Source: Lytechinus pictus (taxonomy: Eukaryota). From it: DNA of 64,000 nucleotides. Positions 61,101-64,000 of this stretch are shown in pieces. The notes below the pieces were generated by a model. That model did not search any database. It was not told the origin of the DNA and saw only the letters and a program-made list of their open reading frames with translations. The DNA lies in NCBI RefSeq assembly GCF_037042905.1, contig NC_087256.1, positions 25,854,001 to 25,918,000 on the forward strand, in the 5' to 3' direction. The first letter of the stretch is position 1. Each line of letters starts with the position of its first letter. The translations under genes were made by a program, and so were the position numbers.

Positions 61101-64000
61101 ATTTTCCAGGAGGTTAAATTGATTAGCATTTTAAAACAAAGTAATTTGACAAGAAGGTACATGTACATACCTTGAGAACATGAAAACAACTGGGGGGGGG
61201 GGGGGCTATCTTGAGCCCACTGTGCTCACCAGCAAAAATTTGTACCATGTACATTGTATTACTATAATTCACAAAATAGACCCAATGGCCCGTATTCTGA
61301 AGTCGGGTTTAATTTAAACTGTGGTTTAAAGTTGTGGTTTAAATATGGACAGCCAATAGTTGCATAAATCTCTTACGATAATTAATATAAATATATCATT
61401 TTCGCTCATATCATTCTTAACTGTTTCGGAAAGATAAATAACTTTCCTCACCATTCACGAGTTAGGAAAGAGCACAGTAAGCATAAGAAACATGCAATGT
61501 AAGGAAAATTTTGACATGTTTGGCTTTCCATAATTTTAGCACGGAGTTAGACCATGGTCTAACTTAAACCCGACTTCAGAATACGAGCCAATGAGAATTT
61601 CTTGGGCTCATGTAGTTTTTCAGGACTCTTTTACAGACATGCCACTTTGCCCTTGTCTGGGTATGAAATTAAAATTAAAGACCCACCAGTTGCTCTTCCT
61701 TTACTTTTATTTCATCCATAAATTAAGAATGAAAACAAATACCCAGGATAAATTAGAAGTGAAACTTTGAAATAGCAAGAGATAAAATTTAATTTTTGTA
61801 CCATTCATTTTTAAGAATAATTCAAATATTTTAGTTCAATAAGTATAACAAGCTGTTAAAAAATTATCTATTTTGTAGTTTTGTAGACTAAAAAGTAGAA
61901 AAGAATACTTTTTTACTATACATGCATAAATTTGATTGTCAAATTGTTCATGTTGGAAGGAATACTCAGGAACACATGTTGGACTAATAAAATCAGAGTA
62001 TGAATATCTTGTTAATCATTTTTTTAATCATTCTATTTTATTTTAATGAGAATTCCTCCCCTCTATTTAATTTAAAAATACTGTATCTGGATGGCATGTA
62101 TGGACTTGAATCCGTTTTTCCCTTCATATCGTTTTGTACAAAGTATACATGTATAGTCTGCACTGTATTTGTTACATGTACATACAAAAATACAAATTTT
62201 CACATAATATAAATATTACATGTTTAAACTCTATAAACCTCATGCCGGTATTCTTATCATCCAGTCTACGCTAGACTGGATGGTAAGAATACTGGCATGA
62301 TGCTTAGCCCTGAACTGAACTTGTTGCCCCTTCGGTGAATAGTTTGTAAAGTTCACGACTTTACATGTACGTGCATGATGCTTCTCCTAGGCATAATAAT
62401 AATGACTATTCACTGGCGTAGGTTTAGGAAGTTTAGCAGGTGATTGTAAAAACAACTTGATATGCAGTGCTAACATGGACTTTGAACCTATACGTGTGCA
62501 CATGGGGTGCATCCTTAGCTTATTGGTTTGTATGCTCTTCCTGTTGTAATGGAATGTGAAGTCGGTGTCATCATGCTTTGTGGTTTTAGATGCACTGTGT
62601 AACATATGAAGGGGTGTAAATATAACAAACCAATATGTTATTTATTTAAAAACAAAACCTGATTAATGGGACACATCATGAAGCTTTTGACTTGAATCAA
62701 AATTCCATTTTCGAATTCCACAGATGATTTGTTTATTTTTCTATTGTAAAGTGGGTGGATGACAAAATTCAGTACAGTGTGTGTAAATTAATAGATTATT
62801 TCGCTGCATGTACATTGCAGTCATTTTTCTATGGCTTATAAACCAATCCCTTCTTGCAGTTTATGTTGTTTTCTTATCAAAGTTGGTACACTTATTCATA
62901 AAGATGAACAATATACTACACACGTCACTGATTTGATGTATTTCTTTTACCTCATTATTTAGACATTTATACAGCATTTATGATACATGTATCAACGGCA
63001 TTTATGGTACATGTATCTCTTTGGCTGTTTAATTCTATTCATGTTTTCAGCACACATGTCTAATGCCTATGTCTAATCCCCATTCACCTCCATGTCTTGA
63101 CAACTCTGTAATTTTACAATACATGTATTTGATCGTTGATATTGTGAAGGGCAATCAAAATCTTCAATTGTTGTTTGTGTCTGAGCTGAAATGGAACAAG
63201 AAATTCATGGATAATTTGAAGATCACAGGACTTAAATTTTTTATATTTTAAGGGCAAGGCCATTTCTCCCTTGGTCAGCGCCGACACTCCGACGGTCCAG
63301 ACCGGTAGAATTTGCTGTCGGGCCAGAAATAGTTAGATTTACTGGTCTGTCATGACCTGTAAAAAAATCAAGAAAATGACCACAGCCAAATCGCATCCCC
63401 AAAATCGGGGGAAAAAATTGCAGGCCAAAATTAATAAAATTTTGGGTTAGCCAATTCTATTGAATAGTTTCTGAAAGATCAGAAGAAGTATTACTAAGTT
63501 TTGTAAATTTTTAAAAATCGTTTCTTCATTCTTTAACTTTATTTTCCAAAGAATGTAAATTATTTCTTTGTAGAATAAAGAAAAAAACACAGTGAAATGG
63601 TAGTAATGAATATTAAAAAGTATAGTATAAAAAGGGAAAAGTTAAAAAAGTCTTAGTATGGGCTTATTCCATTATCATTGCACTAATATTGTAATGGAGA
63701 AAATAAAAAGGGGCACAACAAATTTTCAAGGCCAATGAGAGGGTCATCAAGGTCAGTTGAAGTGCATCCAAGGTCAGTCAAAGGGCATCCAAGGTCATAG
63801 CCCTTCAATGGTCTTGAATTTACTGAAGCACTGAGATTGTTGAGGGAGGGGTGGCTGCAGGAATTGAATATTTTCATTTTTTTTTCTCTCTCTTTTTTTT
63901 TCTTTGTAGAGATGACTCTGATGACTCCTCAACAAGGCAGCAACAACCAAAGAATTCCAGGTTTGAATTCCACGATGAAGAGGAGAAGGAGGAAAGGATA
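43101..64000 (+). CDS. CLINT1: Clathrin interactor 1 / epsinR (ENTH domain), 5' partial; gene continues past the window
   Basis: Exons 43101-43144, 51567-51768, 53943-54081, 55512-55649, 56748-56898, 63910->64000; GT-AG, phases consistent. Translation MQSAMWKIRELTDKVTNVVMNYSEVESKVREATNEEAWGP...WRRVYKSLLLL.YL..NGSERVVTSAREHLYDL...DQGLNVRQKVK...KDKY...YSDRYD..PKS...EFHDEEE matches CLINT1. Confidence 0.95.
43828..44290 (+). mobile_element. Non-autonomous TIR element; second copy ~56930-57365
   Basis: Ends ATGGT..CCC.AAGTCTGCAC / GCGCAGACATGGGGGAACTGACCAT; the body aligns with 56960-57365. Confidence 0.75.
44518..45100. mobile_element. Kolobok/T2-like foldback MITE
   Basis: TTAA|AGGAGAATGAAAC...GTTTCATTCTCCT|TTAA with ~200-bp imperfect inverted arms. 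Confidence 0.88.
50724..51310 (+). mobile_element. Penelope-like retroelement 3' remnant
   Basis: Pyrimidine-rich 587-bp insert flanked by AAAAATATATACA (50711-50723, 51311-51323), ending in a minimal hammerhead motif. Confidence 0.65.
51256..51294 (+). ncRNA. Minimal type I hammerhead ribozyme motif (U4C variant)
   Basis: GCCT-CCGACGA-A-GATTCT-GCT-AGGATC-GAAA-GC-TT-AGGC: stem I GCCT/AGGC, core C(U>C)GANGA, 6-bp stem II, GAAA, palindromic AAGCTT stem III, UH. Confidence 0.65.
51854..53418. mobile_element. hAT-like element with 6-bp TSD
   Basis: TIR CAGGGACTCAGTTTTA / TAAAATTGAGTCCCTG; GAAGTG directly flanks both ends (51848-51853, 53419-53424). Confidence 0.7.
54169..54533. mobile_element. 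MITE with ~40-bp TIRs
   Basis: AATTC.GTGGATTCACAATA.GGTG..CCA.CTATCGGTTG and its reverse complement. Confidence 0.8.
55719..56313. mobile_element. Kolobok/T2-like MITE
   Basis: TTAA|AGGGGAATCCA...TGGATTCCCCT|TTAA. Confidence 0.85.
58782..59052. mobile_element. Harbinger-like MITE (paralogue of 19443-19728)
   Basis: GGGCCCGTCTTAC...GTAAGACTGGGCCC; colinear body. Confidence 0.8.
59760..59900 (+). mobile_element. L2-type SINE/LINE 3' tail
   Basis: AGCGCATAGAG...GCGCTATACAAGA followed by (TAT)n; a similar reversed tail lies at ~8665-8745. Confidence 0.5.
60262..60808. mobile_element. TIR element with many TAGTACGGGGTTA sub-terminal motifs
   Basis: TIR TACCCTTTTTACAC / GTGTAAAAAGGGTA; roughly ten motif copies in both orientations. 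Confidence 0.85.
61287..61589. mobile_element. Harbinger-like MITE, copy 2 of 2870-3196
   Basis: GGCCCGTATTCTGAAGTCGGGTTTAA...TTAAACCCGACTTCAGAATACGAGCC. Confidence 0.85.
62240..62300 (+). repeat. 61-nt hairpin (29-bp stem, 3-nt loop)
   Basis: TCATGCCGGTATTCTTATCATCCAGTCTA-CGC-TAGACTGGATGGTAAGAATACTGGCATGA. Confidence 0.9.

Overview
Eukaryotic, AT-rich, intron-containing animal genomic DNA. The repeat landscape suggests a marine invertebrate, probably a sea urchin (inference). Four spliced genes can be assembled by hand with GT-AG boundaries and consistent phases. They are NAGK (- strand, 10 coding exons, 346 aa), MRPS26 (+, 4 exons, 245 aa, head-to-head with NAGK across a very small promoter), MGMT (-, 3 coding exons, 183 aa) and the 5' part of CLINT1/epsinR (+, 6 exons, running off the right edge). 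Almost all ORFs in the supplied track are spurious or are single exons. Introns and intergenic DNA are packed with non-autonomous transposons: Kolobok/T2-like TTAA MITEs, hAT-like, Harbinger-like, Tc1/mariner-like and EnSpm-like elements, a Helentron-type HINE, and SINE, LINE and Penelope remnants. The most notable signals are: (1) a large excess of TA-NNNN-TA palindromes (TACATGTA, TAGGCCTA, TACCGGTA) that copy-to-copy comparison shows were inserted at TA sites, consistent with transposon excision footprints; (2) a minimal hammerhead-ribozyme motif in a TSD-flanked Penelope-like insert in CLINT1 intron 1; (3) a mobile family with 9-bp TSDs but only 5-bp terminal inverted repeats. All coordinates and counts were made by eye; no database search was possible.
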